A stretch of DNA of 45,533 bases from an uncultured Gemmatimonadota bacterium (GCA_964392705.1 CAYMQZ010000004.1:1-45533), one strand, 5' to 3'. Positions 23,487 through 33,689 are shown, counted from the first letter of the stretch. The notes: generated by a model from the sequence alone, not told the origin. Made by a program: numbers and translations.

Positions 23487-24328
23487 CACCGTCCCCTCCC
23501 CGCGGCGGTCAGCGCGTCCCCCAGCAGGTTGAATCCCAGCACCGCGACCACGATGGCCAGGCCCGGGAAGACCGCCAGCCACCAGGCCGTGCGGAGGAAG
23601 GGCTGCGCCTGGGCCGCCAGGTAGCCCCAGCTCAGTGCGCTCGGATCCGTCACTCCCAGGAAGCCCAGGCCGGCCTCGATCAGGAGCACGCGGCCGAGGA
23701 TGAGCCCGAGCAGGGCCACGGCGGCCGGCAGCGCGTTCGGCAGGATCTCCGTCCACAGGATCCGACCGGGCGAGGCCCCGCCGGCTCGCGCCGCGAGGAC
23801 GAACTCCCGCTCGCGGAGCGTCATCACCTCCGCCCGCACCACCCGCGCCAGCAGCGTCCACGAGGTCAGGCCCAGCACCAGGATCAGCGTCGCCAGCCCG
23901 GGTCCGAGGAGGGCGATCGCCAGAATCGCGAGGAAGAAGCGAGGGACGACCTGCACGACCTCCGTGGCGCGCATGAGCAGGTCGTCCGTCCAGCCGCCCG
24001 CGAAGCCCGAGACGGCCCCGATCGCGCAGCCGAGGAGCAGCGCGAGGCCGCCCACGGCGACGGTCACCAGGAGCGAGGTCCGAGCGCCATACAGGATCCC
24101 GCTCAGCAGATCCCGCCCCAGGGGGTCGGTGCCCAGCGGGTGCCCGGGACCGGGCGGCGCCAGAGCCGGGCCGGCGATCTCGAACGGGTTCCACGGCGCC
24201 ACGGCCGGCCCCAGGAGCCCGAGGAGCACGAAGCCCGCGAGGATGGCCGCCCCCACGAGCCCACCTGGACGCCGGAGCGCCGGGGCCCCGACGCCCGCGA
24301 CCGCGGCCGCCAGGCGGGCCTCAGCCAT
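23486..24328 (-). CDS. ABC peptide/nickel permease (DppC/NikC-like)
   Basis: 280 aa with multiple TM helices. N-terminal PLGTDPLGRDLLSGILYGARTSL and the EAA-loop region FVLAARAGGASPGRILWTEILPNALP. Confidence 0.9.
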   Translation of the reverse strand: MAEARLAAAVAGVGAPALRRPGGLVGAAILAGFVLLGLLGPAVAPWNPFEIAGPALAPPGPGHPLGTDPLGRDLLSGILYGARTSLLVTVAVGGLALLLGCAIGAVSGFAGGWTDDLLMRATEVVQVVPRFFLAILAIALLGPGLATLILVLGLTSWTLLARVVRAEVMTLREREFVLAARAGGASPGRILWTEILPNALPAAVALLGLILGRVLLIEAGLGFLGVTDPSALSWGYLAAQAQPFLRTAWWLAVFPGLAIVVAVLGFNLLGDALTAAGRGR

Positions 24329-25286
24329 AGCGCACCCGGGGGTCGAGCCGGGCGTAGGCGAGGTCGGCGAGCAGGTTCCCCAGGAGCACGCCGAAGGCGA
24401 CCAGGGTGAAGATCCCGAGCAGGACCGGGCTGTCCCGGGTCTGGACGGCGTCCACCAGCAGACGGCCGATCCCCGGCCAGCCGAAGACGATCTCCACGAG
24501 CACGGCCCCCGAGACCAGGAAGCCCAACCGCGACCCGAGCACGGTGACGACCGGCAGCAGGGCCCGCGGCAGCGCGTGCACCAGGGTCACGCGCCACGGG
24601 GGGAGCCCCTTGGCCCGGGCGGTCCGTACGTGGTCCGACGCCATCTCGTCGATCAGGGCCTCCCGGGTGAGCCGGGCGATCGCCGCGAGCTGCTGGGAGG
24701 CGAGCACGAGGGCGGGAAGCGCCAGGTGGCGGGCCACGTCGAGCCACCGCTCCGGGCCCGTCGCCTCGGAGCCCGGCGTCACCATCCCCTGGATCGGGAA
24801 GACCCCCAGGCCGAAGGCCAGGCCCAGGATGGCGAGCTGCCCCAGCCAGAAGACCGGGGAGGCGTACAGGGTCAGGGCGCCCACCGAGACGACCGCGTCC
24901 GGCCAGCGGCGGTGTCGGGTCCCCGCGGCCACGCCGGCCAGGAGGCCCAGGACCGTGGACAGGACGAGGGATGTGGCGGCCAACAGGAGCGTGGGCGGGA
25001 GCCGCTCGGCGATCACGGCCATGGCGGGGCGCCCATGGATGTAGGAGAGGCCGAAGTCTCCCCGCACGAGTCGGCCGAAGTACGTCGCGAGCCGCTCGGG
25101 AAGCGGTCGGTCCAGGCCGAACCGCTCGCGCATGAAGGCGAAGTACGCCGCGTCGCCGTGTTCCCCGGCCAGCGCGAGGACGGGGTCGCCCGGCGCGAGA
25201 TGGATCAAGAGGAAGCCGATCAGGACGATCGCGGCGGCCGTGAGGAGAGCCTGGACCGCCCGCCGGACCAGATAGCGGCCGCTCAT
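24321..25286 (-). CDS. ABC peptide/nickel permease (DppB/NikB-like)
   Basis: 321 aa from ATG at 25286 (MSGRYLVRRAVQALLT...). Typical HLAPGDP and DHVRTARAKGLPPWRVTLVHALPRALLPV motifs. Confidence 0.9.
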   Translation of the reverse strand: MSGRYLVRRAVQALLTAAAIVLIGFLLIHLAPGDPVLALAGEHGDAAYFAFMRERFGLDRPLPERLATYFGRLVRGDFGLSYIHGRPAMAVIAERLPPTLLLAATSLVLSTVLGLLAGVAAGTRHRRWPDAVVSVGALTLYASPVFWLGQLAILGLAFGLGVFPIQGMVTPGSEATGPERWLDVARHLALPALVLASQQLAAIARLTREALIDEMASDHVRTARAKGLPPWRVTLVHALPRALLPVVTVLGSRLGFLVSGAVLVEIVFGWPGIGRLLVDAVQTRDSPVLLGIFTLVAFGVLLGNLLADLAYARLDPRVRYG

Positions 25287-25296
25287 GCTCCACCGC

Positions 25297-26928
25297 TCAC
25301 GGTCCGCAGGAAGCGGCCTCCGCGAAGTGGCCGTACAGGGCGAAGCCGGAGCACTCCGGCCTGTAGGCCCGGGTGGTTTCCGTCTCCACCAGCCAGAAGT
25401 ACGGGAGGTCCCGCACCAGGATCTCCTGGATCCGCCGGTAGATCGCCCCCCGCTCGTCACGATCGAGAGTCCGCCGGCCGGCGTCGAACAGCGAGTCCAC
25501 GATGGGGTTCCGGTAGGCCGACGAGTTGGAGAAGGGCACGGGCGCGATGTTGGAGGAGACGTACATCCGCCGCACCCCGATCTCGGGATCCGTCATGTTG
25601 CAGTAGGAGACGACGTTCGTGTCGAACTCCCGCCGCCGGAACACCTCCTCGACGAACAGGGGAGGCTCGAGCGCCCGCGGCTCCAGCGCGATCCCGACCC
25701 GGCGCAGCTGGGCCCTGAGAAGCTCGCCGTAGGCCGTGAAGGCGGGAAAGTGGTGAAAGCCGAAACGCAGCGGCGACCCGTCGGGCACTCCCTCCACGCC
25801 ACGGGCGACGCGGATCCCGGGGGCGCGAGGCCGATCCCCGCCGGCCTCGTCGGGCGACCTCCATCCCGCCCGCTCGAGCAGGAGGCGCGCCCGGGCGGGG
25901 TCGTGGTCGGGCATCGGGAGGTCCTCGGCGTGAGCGAAGGGGATCCCGCTCGAGATCGGGGCCTCCGCCACCCGCCCCTCGCCGAACAGGATCCGCTCGA
26001 CGAACTGCCCGCGGTCGATCGCATGCGCTACGGCGCGCCGAAGCCCCGGGTCACGAAAAAAAGGCCTGTCCAGGTTGAAGCTGAGCGTCATGACGCAGTT
26101 CGACCCGCCGGAGCCGAGGCCGCTCGAGACGAGGGGGAACCCCCGCTGTCGGAGCCGCTCCTGATCCGGGCCCCGCACGCCGTTCAGGAAGTCCACCTCC
26201 CCCGCCTCGAGGGCCAGGGCCTGGTTGCCGGCGTCCGGGATGATCGGCATGACCAGCCGCCGGGCGCGGGGGAGGCCCGGCTTGTGGTAGCGGGGGTGGG
26301 CGGCGTACCGAAGCTCCACGTCCGGGACGTGGGCCTCGAAGCGGAAGGGGCCCGTCCCCACGGGCTCCCGGTTGGCCGGGTTGGTGAGGGGGTCGCTCCC
26401 CTCGAAGAGGTGGCGCGGCAGGATCGCGGCCTCGTGCACGTTCAGTTGCTGGAGGAACGGCGCGTACGGCTCGCGGAACCGGAAGACGACCTCGTGCGGC
26501 CCCGGCGTCTCGATCGAGCCGAGCACGGTGCCCAGCGAGGCGCGGGCCCGGGCGTGGTACTTCAGCAGCACCTCCTCGAAGGTGAACTGCACGTCCGCCG
26601 AGGTGAACGGCCGGCCGTCGTGCCACCGTACGTCCTCCCGCAGCCGGAAACGGTACGTGGCGCCGCCGTCCTCCACCGTCCAGGACTCGGCCAGGTCGGG
26701 CACCGGATCCAGCTCGGCGGTCAGCTCCACGAGCCCGCTGTACAGGCTGCGCGAGGCCGTGTGGACGCCACCCTGGGTCGTGATCACCGGGTTCAGGTGC
26801 TCGGGGCTGTCCGAGAGGGGCACGACGAGCGTGCCGCGTCGCGTCCCCTCGTAGGCCGCCTGGTCGCATCCCGCGGCGAGGAGAAGCGCTCCCAGCGGCA
26901 GGGCCAGCGGCCGGATCCGTGCGGTCAT
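25297..26928 (-). CDS. Family-5 solute-binding lipoprotein (DppA/OppA/NikA-like)
   Basis: 543 aa from ATG at 26928. Lipoprotein signal MTARIRPLALPLGALLLAAGC. Family-5 features include LAESWTVEDGGATYRFRLREDVRWHDGRPFTSADV. Confidence 0.88.
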   Translation of the reverse strand: MTARIRPLALPLGALLLAAGCDQAAYEGTRRGTLVVPLSDSPEHLNPVITTQGGVHTASRSLYSGLVELTAELDPVPDLAESWTVEDGGATYRFRLREDVRWHDGRPFTSADVQFTFEEVLLKYHARARASLGTVLGSIETPGPHEVVFRFREPYAPFLQQLNVHEAAILPRHLFEGSDPLTNPANREPVGTGPFRFEAHVPDVELRYAAHPRYHKPGLPRARRLVMPIIPDAGNQALALEAGEVDFLNGVRGPDQERLRQRGFPLVSSGLGSGGSNCVMTLSFNLDRPFFRDPGLRRAVAHAIDRGQFVERILFGEGRVAEAPISSGIPFAHAEDLPMPDHDPARARLLLERAGWRSPDEAGGDRPRAPGIRVARGVEGVPDGSPLRFGFHHFPAFTAYGELLRAQLRRVGIALEPRALEPPLFVEEVFRRREFDTNVVSYCNMTDPEIGVRRMYVSSNIAPVPFSNSSAYRNPIVDSLFDAGRRTLDRDERGAIYRRIQEILVRDLPYFWLVETETTRAYRPECSGFALYGHFAEAASCGP

Positions 26929-27236
26929 GCGAGCCAAGGTAAGGATGCGCGGTCGGGACGCGCACGGCCCGACCCCCGGGCGCTTCCCGCGGCGGCACGC
27001 GTGCGGTCGGACGGCCCGCCGTGCGGCGACTCCATGGAGGGCGAGCCTTGACACGCCCCGTCCCGGTTCGAAGCTTTCGGCGTTGGAGGGCATCTCGTTC
27101 GACGAGTCGCCCGGGATGTAGACCAGCCGAGAGCGCGTCCCGGATCGCTCCAGAGACGGCCGGCTTCTTGCTCCGTGGAACGGTCGCCGGGACGAGATTC
27201 AGCCCCCTCGATTCCGATTGCCGGGAAGGTGTGACC

Positions 27237-27515
27237 ATGTGCTTGGCGATCCCGGGGCGGGTGGTGGAATATACGGACGAGGCGCACCGGCTCGCGTCCG
27301 TTGACGTGGCGGGCGTCCGGCGCGTGGTGAACGTCGGGCTCCTGGACGACGAGGACGGTGGGGTGCGACCGGGCGACTGGGTGCTCATCCACGTCGGCTT
27401 CGCCATGTCCCGCGTCGACGAGGAGGAAGCGCGGGCCACCCTCGAGCTGCTGGAGCGGATGGGCTCCGAGTTCGACGCCGAGCTCGAAGAGTTCATCGCG
27501 AGCGAGATCCAATGA
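27237..27515 (+). CDS. hypC: Hydrogenase maturation chaperone HypC
   Basis: Canonical N-terminus MCLAIPGRVV and GDWVLIHVGFAMSRVDEEEA. 92 aa. Confidence 0.92.
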   Translation: MCLAIPGRVVEYTDEAHRLASVDVAGVRRVVNVGLLDDEDGGVRPGDWVLIHVGFAMSRVDEEEARATLELLERMGSEFDAELEEFIASEIQ

Positions 27516-27763
27516 CGTCCCGCTCGCCCGCCTGTCATCCCTCGAGCGGCTGCGTCACCTGCTCGGACGAGGGGGTTCCGATGCGCGTGCTCGAGGCCGA
27601 TCCGGCCCGGTCCCTCGCCACTTGCGCCGACGAGGCCGGTGTGCGGTCGGAGGTGATGACGGACCTGGTGGGATCCGTGTCGCCGGGGGATCGTCTGCTC
27701 GTGCACGCCGGGACGGCGCTTCTCGCCCTGGACCCGGAGACCGTGGTCGGAGGGAACCCGTGA
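27512..27763 (+). CDS. Atypical HypC/HupF-family protein (no Cys2; internal CVTCSDE)
   Basis: 83 aa with an ATGA overlap with hypC. CVTCSDEGVPMRVLE...GDRLLVHAGTALLAL resembles the HypC OB-fold core but lacks the N-terminal MC. Confidence 0.55.
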   Translation: MTSRSPACHPSSGCVTCSDEGVPMRVLEADPARSLATCADEAGVRSEVMTDLVGSVSPGDRLLVHAGTALLALDPETVVGGNP

Positions 27764-28875
27764 AGTTCGTCGACGAGTTCCGCGACCCCGAGCTGGGCCG
27801 CGTGCTCTCCGAGAAGATCGCGGCCACGGTCGAGCCGGGGCGCCACTACAAGATCATGGAGGTGTGCGGCGGGCACACGCACACCATCTACCGCTATGGC
27901 GTGGATGACCTGCTGCCGGGGAACGTGGAGCTGGTCCACGGGCCGGGCTGTCCCGTGTGCGTTATCCCGATGGGCCGGGTGGACGACGGGATCGCCGTCG
28001 CCAGGCGTCCCGAGGTCATCTTCACCTGCTTCGGGGACATGATGCGCGTGCCCGGCGGCGAGGGTACGCTGCTCGAGGCGAAGGCGGAGGGGGCCGACGT
28101 GCGGATGGTCTACTCGCCGCTCGACGCGCTCCGGATCGCGCGGGACAACCCGGACCGCGAGGTGGTCTTCTTCGCCGTGGGCTTCGAGACGACCGCGCCC
28201 TCCACGGCGCTCACGCTGATGCGCGCGAAGGCGGAGGGGATCGGCAACTTCTTCTGCTTCTCCAACCACGTGACGATCGTCCCGCCGCTGCGCGCGCTCC
28301 TCGAGTCCCCCGACCTGCGGCTGGACGGCTTCATCGGGCCCGGTCATGTCTCCACCGTGATCGGCGCCCGCCCCTACGAGTTCATCCCGGCCGACTACGG
28401 GAAGCCGATCGTGGTCTCGGGCTTCGAGCCGCTGGACGTGCTCCAGTCGGTCCACATGGTGCTCGCCCAGCTCACGGAAGGCCGCTGCGAGGTGGAGAAC
28501 CAGTACCGGCGGGTCGTCCCTTACGACGGGAATCCCCAGGCCCTGAGGGCGCTGGCCGAGGTCTTCGAGCTCCGTCCCCACTTCGAGTGGCGGGGGCTGG
28601 GCTTCATCTCCCAGAGCGGGCTCAAGGTGTCGGAGACGTACGCCGACTTCGACGCCGAGCTGCGCTACCAGGTGCCGGGGGTCCGGGTGGCCGATCCGAA
28701 GGCCTGCCAGTGCGGCGAGGTGCTGAAGGGCGTGATCAAGCCGTGGGAGTGCAAGGTGTTCGGGACGGCCTGCACGCCGGAGCGGCCGATCGGCACCTGC
28801 ATGGTCTCCAGCGAGGGAGCCTGCGCCGCCTACTACAACTTCGGGCGGTTCGCCCGTGAGCGGGAGGTCGTGTGA
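27760..28875 (+). CDS. hypD: Hydrogenase maturation protein HypD
   Basis: KFVDEFRD, MEVCGGHTH, HGPGCPVCV, FAVGFETTAP, GPGHVS and the C-terminal CxxxxxxC region. The GTG start overlaps the upstream TGA. Confidence 0.95.
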   Translation: MKFVDEFRDPELGRVLSEKIAATVEPGRHYKIMEVCGGHTHTIYRYGVDDLLPGNVELVHGPGCPVCVIPMGRVDDGIAVARRPEVIFTCFGDMMRVPGGEGTLLEAKAEGADVRMVYSPLDALRIARDNPDREVVFFAVGFETTAPSTALTLMRAKAEGIGNFFCFSNHVTIVPPLRALLESPDLRLDGFIGPGHVSTVIGARPYEFIPADYGKPIVVSGFEPLDVLQSVHMVLAQLTEGRCEVENQYRRVVPYDGNPQALRALAEVFELRPHFEWRGLGFISQSGLKVSETYADFDAELRYQVPGVRVADPKACQCGEVLKGVIKPWECKVFGTACTPERPIGTCMVSSEGACAAYYNFGRFAREREVV

Positions 28876-30098
28876 AGGCGGGGGAGACCGGGGTGGCCCG
28901 CGCCTCGGAGGACGGGGGCGACGGCTCCCGGGAAAGGCCCCCGGAGGCCCGCGAGCGCGAGGCGCTGGCCAAGATCGAGAAGGCCCGCTCGATGCCGCCG
29001 AGGTTCCGCGACGAGCGCATCACGATGGCGCACGGCGCGGGCGGCAAGGCCACCCACACGCTCATCGAGGGCCTGTTCGTGCCGGCGCTGACCGGCGGGA
29101 GACGCCCGCGGGCCGGGGCGTCCCTCGAGGAACGAGCCGTGCGGGAGCGGGCCGGGGCCGCCCAGCCCGACGCCGTTCATCCCCTCCGGCTCCTGGACGA
29201 CTCGGGCGTGATCCGGGTGGAGGCCGGGGGCCTGGCCGTCACGACGGACAGCTTCGTGGTCAAGCCGATCCGCTTTCCCGGCGGCTCGATCGGGGAGCTG
29301 GCGGTGAACGGAACGGTGAACGACCTGGCGGTGGCCGGCGCGCGGCCGCTCGCGCTCACGCTGTCGCTCGTGCTGGAGGAGGGGCTCACCGCCGAGGAGC
29401 TGCGGGCCGAGGTGGAGGCGATCGCCGGGGCCGCCGAGGAAGCGGGGGTCGAGATCGTGGCGGGGGACACGAAAGTCGTGGAGCGCGGGCACTGCGATTC
29501 CATGTACATCTGCACCACCGGGCTCGGTCGGGTGGACGGCCGCGGCTCCCTCTCGCCCGCCTCGCTGCGGCCGGGCGACCGGATCCTGGTCTCGGGACGG
29601 GTCGGCGACCACGGAACCGCGATCATGCTGGCCCGGGGCGAGTTCGATCTCGGGGCCCCGATCGAGTCGGACACCCGCAGCTTGTGGCCCGCGGCCGACG
29701 CGCTGCTCGAGGCCGCGGGATCGCGGCTCCGCTGCATGCGCGACGCCACTCGCGGCGGGGTGGCCACGGTGCTGAACGAGCTGGCGGCGGCTTCGGAGGT
29801 CGCGGTGCTGGTGCGGGAAGACGCGGTCCCCGTCCATCCCACGGTGGCCGGAGCGTGCGAGATCCTGGGCATCGACGCGATGTACGTGGCCAACGAGGGG
29901 AAGCTGGTCGCGGTCGTGGCGCCGGAGGCGGCCGAGGATGCGTTGGCCGCCCTGAGGGAGGTTCCGGGCTGCGAGGAGGCGGCCGAGATCGGCGAGGTCC
30001 GGACGGAGCCCGACGGCATGGTCCTGGTCCAGACCGCCTTCGGCGGGCGACGCGTGATGGACCTGCTCGTCGGCGATCCGCTGCCACGGATCTGCTAG
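28872..30098 (+). CDS. hypE: Hydrogenase maturation protein HypE (carbamoyl dehydratase)
   Basis: ITMAHGAGGKAT, the AIR-synthase-like fold and the diagnostic C-terminus DPLPRIC. GTG 28872 overlaps the hypD stop. A ~40-aa charged N-terminal extension makes ATG 28992 an alternative start. Confidence 0.9.
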   Translation: MKAGETGVARASEDGGDGSRERPPEAREREALAKIEKARSMPPRFRDERITMAHGAGGKATHTLIEGLFVPALTGGRRPRAGASLEERAVRERAGAAQPDAVHPLRLLDDSGVIRVEAGGLAVTTDSFVVKPIRFPGGSIGELAVNGTVNDLAVAGARPLALTLSLVLEEGLTAEELRAEVEAIAGAAEEAGVEIVAGDTKVVERGHCDSMYICTTGLGRVDGRGSLSPASLRPGDRILVSGRVGDHGTAIMLARGEFDLGAPIESDTRSLWPAADALLEAAGSRLRCMRDATRGGVATVLNELAAASEVAVLVREDAVPVHPTVAGACEILGIDAMYVANEGKLVAVVAPEAAEDALAALREVPGCEEAAEIGEVRTEPDGMVLVQTAFGGRRVMDLLVGDPLPRIC

Positions 30099-31354
30099 TG
30101 CGCCGGCTCCGGGCCGAGCCCTCTCGAGAACGGAAGGACGGGCTCGGGAGCCGTCTGGATGAGCTGCTCGAGACCCGAACGGCCGCGAACGATCGTTTCT
30201 TCGCCGACGAGGCCGAGCGGCTCGCGCGACTCTGTCATCGGATGGCGGAACGGTTCGCCCGCGGCGGGCGGCTGGTCTCCTTCGGCCTCTCGCCGCAGGC
30301 GCGCTCCGACGCGCGCCACGTGGCGGTCGAGTTCGTCCACCCGGTGATCGTCGGGAAGCGGGCGCTTCCCGCCATCGGCCTGGCCGGCGAGGGCGGCCCG
30401 CTCGCGCTGCAGGCCGAGCTGGTGCTGCGTCCCGAGGACATCGCGATCGGCTTCGGGCCCGACGAGGAGGCCGGCGGGGAGGGGACGCGGGAGGCGCTGC
30501 GGCGGGCGCGGGAGCTGGGTTGTCTGACCGTGGCCTTCTCTCCCTGCGGGGCCGAGTGGGAGTTCCTCCCGCCCAGCGAGGATCCGTTCGTCCGGCAGGA
30601 GCTGGTGGAGACGCTGTACCACGTGCTGTGGGAGCTGGTGCACGTCTTCTTCGAGCACCGGGGCCTGCTCGAGGGCCGCACGATGGGGCGGGCGCACGAC
30701 GTGGGCCCCTCGCGCTTCCTCTACCCTTTCCTCGGCGAGGAGGAGCACGACCTGGACGCGGTGCTCGAGGACGTACGCCGGTCGGTGCTCATGAAGGCCG
30801 ACGAGGTGGGGGAGCTGCGGGTGCGCACCCTGGAGCGGGGACGAGAGGAGTTGCTGGCCGCCGCCGCCGCGACGCGCGCGGCCCTCGACGCGGGGGGCCT
30901 CCTGCTGGCGTTCGGGAACGGCGGCTCGGCGACGGACGCGATGGACGCCGTGGCCGACTTCCGCGCGGCCCCCCAGGGATGGCCGGCTCGGCGCGCCCTG
31001 GACCTCACCGAGGACGCGTCGATCCTCACCGCGGTCGGGAACGACGTCGGGATCGAGGAGATCTTCGCCCGGCAGGTCATCGCGTACGGCCGCGAGGCCG
31101 ACGTGGCGTTAGCCATCTCCACGAGCGGGAACTCCCGCAACGTGATCCGGGCCCTCGGCGAGGCGCGCCGTCGCGGGCTGGTCACCGTGGCGCTGGTCGG
31201 CTACGACGGCGGTCGCGTGCTCTCCGAGAGGCTGGCCGACCACGTCGTCGTCTCGCCGTCGGAGCACATCCCCCGCATCCAGGAGGCCCAGGCCAGCGCG
31301 TACCATGTCTTGAGGGAGCTGGTGGAGCTCGTTCCTGGAGCGCCGAAACCCTGA
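30098..31354 (+). CDS. Tandem SIS-domain protein (GmhA/phosphoheptose-isomerase-like) associated with the hyp genes
   Basis: About 418 aa. The second half (LLAFGNGGSATDAMDAVADF...VALAISTSGNSRNVIRALGEARRRGLVTVALVGYDGG...HIPRIQEAQASAYHVL) is a clear GmhA-type SIS domain. The first half is a more degenerate SIS-like repeat. GTG 30098 abuts the hypE stop, and the start is uncertain. Confidence 0.7.
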   Translation: MRRLRAEPSRERKDGLGSRLDELLETRTAANDRFFADEAERLARLCHRMAERFARGGRLVSFGLSPQARSDARHVAVEFVHPVIVGKRALPAIGLAGEGGPLALQAELVLRPEDIAIGFGPDEEAGGEGTREALRRARELGCLTVAFSPCGAEWEFLPPSEDPFVRQELVETLYHVLWELVHVFFEHRGLLEGRTMGRAHDVGPSRFLYPFLGEEEHDLDAVLEDVRRSVLMKADEVGELRVRTLERGREELLAAAAATRAALDAGGLLLAFGNGGSATDAMDAVADFRAAPQGWPARRALDLTEDASILTAVGNDVGIEEIFARQVIAYGREADVALAISTSGNSRNVIRALGEARRRGLVTVALVGYDGGRVLSERLADHVVVSPSEHIPRIQEAQASAYHVLRELVELVPGAPKP

Positions 31355-31412
31355 GCGAATTCGGACGGCGGCGCAGGATGCGTCGTCGTACTCGTGGGGG
31401 CAGTCGCTGGCG

Positions 31413-33401
31413 CTAGCCGCCGCCGCCCGCCCGGAGAGCCTCGGACGTCGGTTCCCCCGTCCGTTCCGCCTCGGACGGCGCCGCCTCGGACCGTTCCGCC
31501 TCCGCCTCGCCCGGCACCTCGGTCTCCGGAGCCAGCGCCTCGGCCGCGGCCTGGAGACCCACGATCCCGTCCTCGAGGAACGTGTAGCGGCCGTCCAGGA
31601 CCCCGCGGGCTGCCCGGTAGAGCGCCACGTCGTCGTTGTCCGACATCGCGTCGAAGAGCCGGTCGACCCGGCGCCGCGCCACGCGGCAGAACACGTCCGC
31701 CAGCTCCCGCGCCTCGGCCGCGTCGGGCTTTCCGGTGCGCTCGAGCATCCGGGCGCGACAGGCCGAGGCCGCCATCGCGAACAACTCCCCCCCGATGTCC
31801 ACGGCCCGGAACAGGATGCCCTGCTTCTTCTGGAGCCCGGCGCCGTGTCGCACCATCTTGTGGAACAGGGTGCGGGCCAGCTCGCGCGAGGAGCGGTCGA
31901 CGAAGCGCAGGTGGTCGGCCAGCTCGCCGAACTCGGAGTACTTCGGCCAGCGCCCCCAGCCCAGCCAGCGGGACGGGTACCACTTCGCGTATTCGAAGCC
32001 CACCTTCGGGAGCTCGGCCAGCTTCTCGGCCATCGAGAGGTCGCCCTCGACCAGCTCGCCCGCGACCTGGAGGTGCCAGTCCACGGCCTCGCGGGCGATG
32101 AACAGCCGCATGATCTCGCTGGAGCCCTCGAAGATCCGGTTGATCCGGAAGTCGCGCAGCATCCGCTCGGCGGGAACCGGGACCTCGCCCCGCGCCGCGA
32201 GGGAATCGGCCCGCTCGTAGCCCCGTCCCCCGCGGATCTGCACGGTCTCGTCGGTCAGCCGCCAGCCGTGCTCCGTGTTGAACAGCTTGGCCATGGCCGC
32301 CTCGAGCCGGATGTCGTAGCCGCCCCGGTCCACCATCATCGCCGGCAGCTCGGCCACCGCCTCCATGGCGAAGGCGTGGGCCGCGATGTCGGTGATCATG
32401 TGGGCCACCGCCTCGTGCTTGCCGACCGCCTGCCCCCACTGCACCCGCTCGTTCCCCCACTTGCGCACGATCTCGAGCGCGGCCTTCGCCGTGCCCCCCG
32501 AGACCGCCGGGATCGTGAGCCGCCCCGTGTTCAGGGTGACGAGCGCGACCTTGAGGCCGCGTCCCTCCTTTCCGATCAGGTTCTCCTTCGGGATCCGCAC
32601 GTTCTCGAAGCGCAGCACGCCGTTCTCGATCCCGCCGAGCCCCATGAAGTGGCAGCGGCGCACGACCTCGGCTCCCGGCCAGTCCATCTCGACGATGAAG
32701 GCGGAGATCTTGCGCGTGTCGGTGTGGCGGGCCATGACGACGATCACGTCGGCGACCGTGCCGTTCGTGCACCACAGCTTCTCGCCGTTCAGGATGAAGT
32801 CGCCCTCCTCGGTCCGCTCGACCGAGCTGGCCAGCCGGGCCGGGTCGGAGCCCACCTCGGCCTCGGTGAGCGCGAAGGCCGAGATCTGTCCCTCCGCGAA
32901 GCGGGGCAGGTACTTTCGCTTCTGCTCCTCGGTGCCGAACAGCATGAGCGGCTGAGGGACGCCGATCGACTGGTGGGCGGAGAGGAGCGCCACGAGGCTT
33001 CCGTCGAGCGTCCCCACGAGCTCGAGGATCTTCGAGTACTCCGTCTGGTGGAACCCGTGGCCGCCGTACTCCTGCGGGATCTTGAGCGCGAAGGCCTTCA
33101 TCTCCCGCAGCCGGTCCACCACCTCGGGGGGGATCTTCCGGTCCCGGTCGATCTTCTCGGAGTCGACCTCGGTGCGCAGGAACTCCCGCAGCTCGTCCAT
33201 GAAGGTCCGCGCCCGGTCCGAGACGAACTCGTCGGGGTCGGGATAGGGGTGGATCAGGTCGAGTCGGAAGTCCCCCAGGAAGAGGTCGCGGAGGAACGTG
33301 TGTCCCCCCCACTCCCTCTCGCGCGCGGCCTCGGCGACGCGTCGGGCCTCGGCCTCGCTCACCTCGCCGGCGCCCGCCGGCCGCTGTCCTGTATCGCTCA
33401 T
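31413..33401 (-). CDS. Long-form acyl-CoA dehydrogenase
   Basis: 662 aa. Contains [24 protein letters not shown] and IRGGRGYE, with an extended C-terminal helical domain. Confidence 0.88.
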   Translation of the reverse strand: MSDTGQRPAGAGEVSEAEARRVAEAAREREWGGHTFLRDLFLGDFRLDLIHPYPDPDEFVSDRARTFMDELREFLRTEVDSEKIDRDRKIPPEVVDRLREMKAFALKIPQEYGGHGFHQTEYSKILELVGTLDGSLVALLSAHQSIGVPQPLMLFGTEEQKRKYLPRFAEGQISAFALTEAEVGSDPARLASSVERTEEGDFILNGEKLWCTNGTVADVIVVMARHTDTRKISAFIVEMDWPGAEVVRRCHFMGLGGIENGVLRFENVRIPKENLIGKEGRGLKVALVTLNTGRLTIPAVSGGTAKAALEIVRKWGNERVQWGQAVGKHEAVAHMITDIAAHAFAMEAVAELPAMMVDRGGYDIRLEAAMAKLFNTEHGWRLTDETVQIRGGRGYERADSLAARGEVPVPAERMLRDFRINRIFEGSSEIMRLFIAREAVDWHLQVAGELVEGDLSMAEKLAELPKVGFEYAKWYPSRWLGWGRWPKYSEFGELADHLRFVDRSSRELARTLFHKMVRHGAGLQKKQGILFRAVDIGGELFAMAASACRARMLERTGKPDAAEARELADVFCRVARRRVDRLFDAMSDNDDVALYRAARGVLDGRYTFLEDGIVGLQAAAEALAPETEVPGEAEAERSEAAPSEAERTGEPTSEALRAGGGG

Positions 33402-33689
33402 GGTCGGTCTTCCTTCGCCTGCGGGTCCGCCTCCTCGGGGAGCCCGACGACGTCATCCACGGCCGAAGAGGTCACGGGAAAAGCTATGCCCGAGCAGGTG
33501 TGGTAGCCAGCGCGAGGGCCGCTCGCCACGCTCTCGCTCGCGCGCGTCCGGGAACCTTGACTTCCAGGGCGCGGTCGCCACTATTCGTCTCGGGCCTTCG
33601 CCGGCGCCCGCGGCCCGCTTCGACGTTCGCGCTCCATCGCCCTCGGGAGCGAAGGACGCGCCCGCACCGACCCGAAAAGAGGAGGCTCC

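Noticed and set aside
23487-24194. Upstream extension of the ABC ATPase ORF (21684-24194).
   Set aside because: It overlaps the well-supported DppC/NikC-like permease gene. The ATPase N-terminus with its Walker A context starts at the ATG at 23486.
27065-27072. GGTTCGAA, resembling a tRNA T-loop, in the dppA/hypC intergenic region.
   Set aside because: The flanking bases do not form a T-stem or an acceptor stem. I could not build a cloverleaf.
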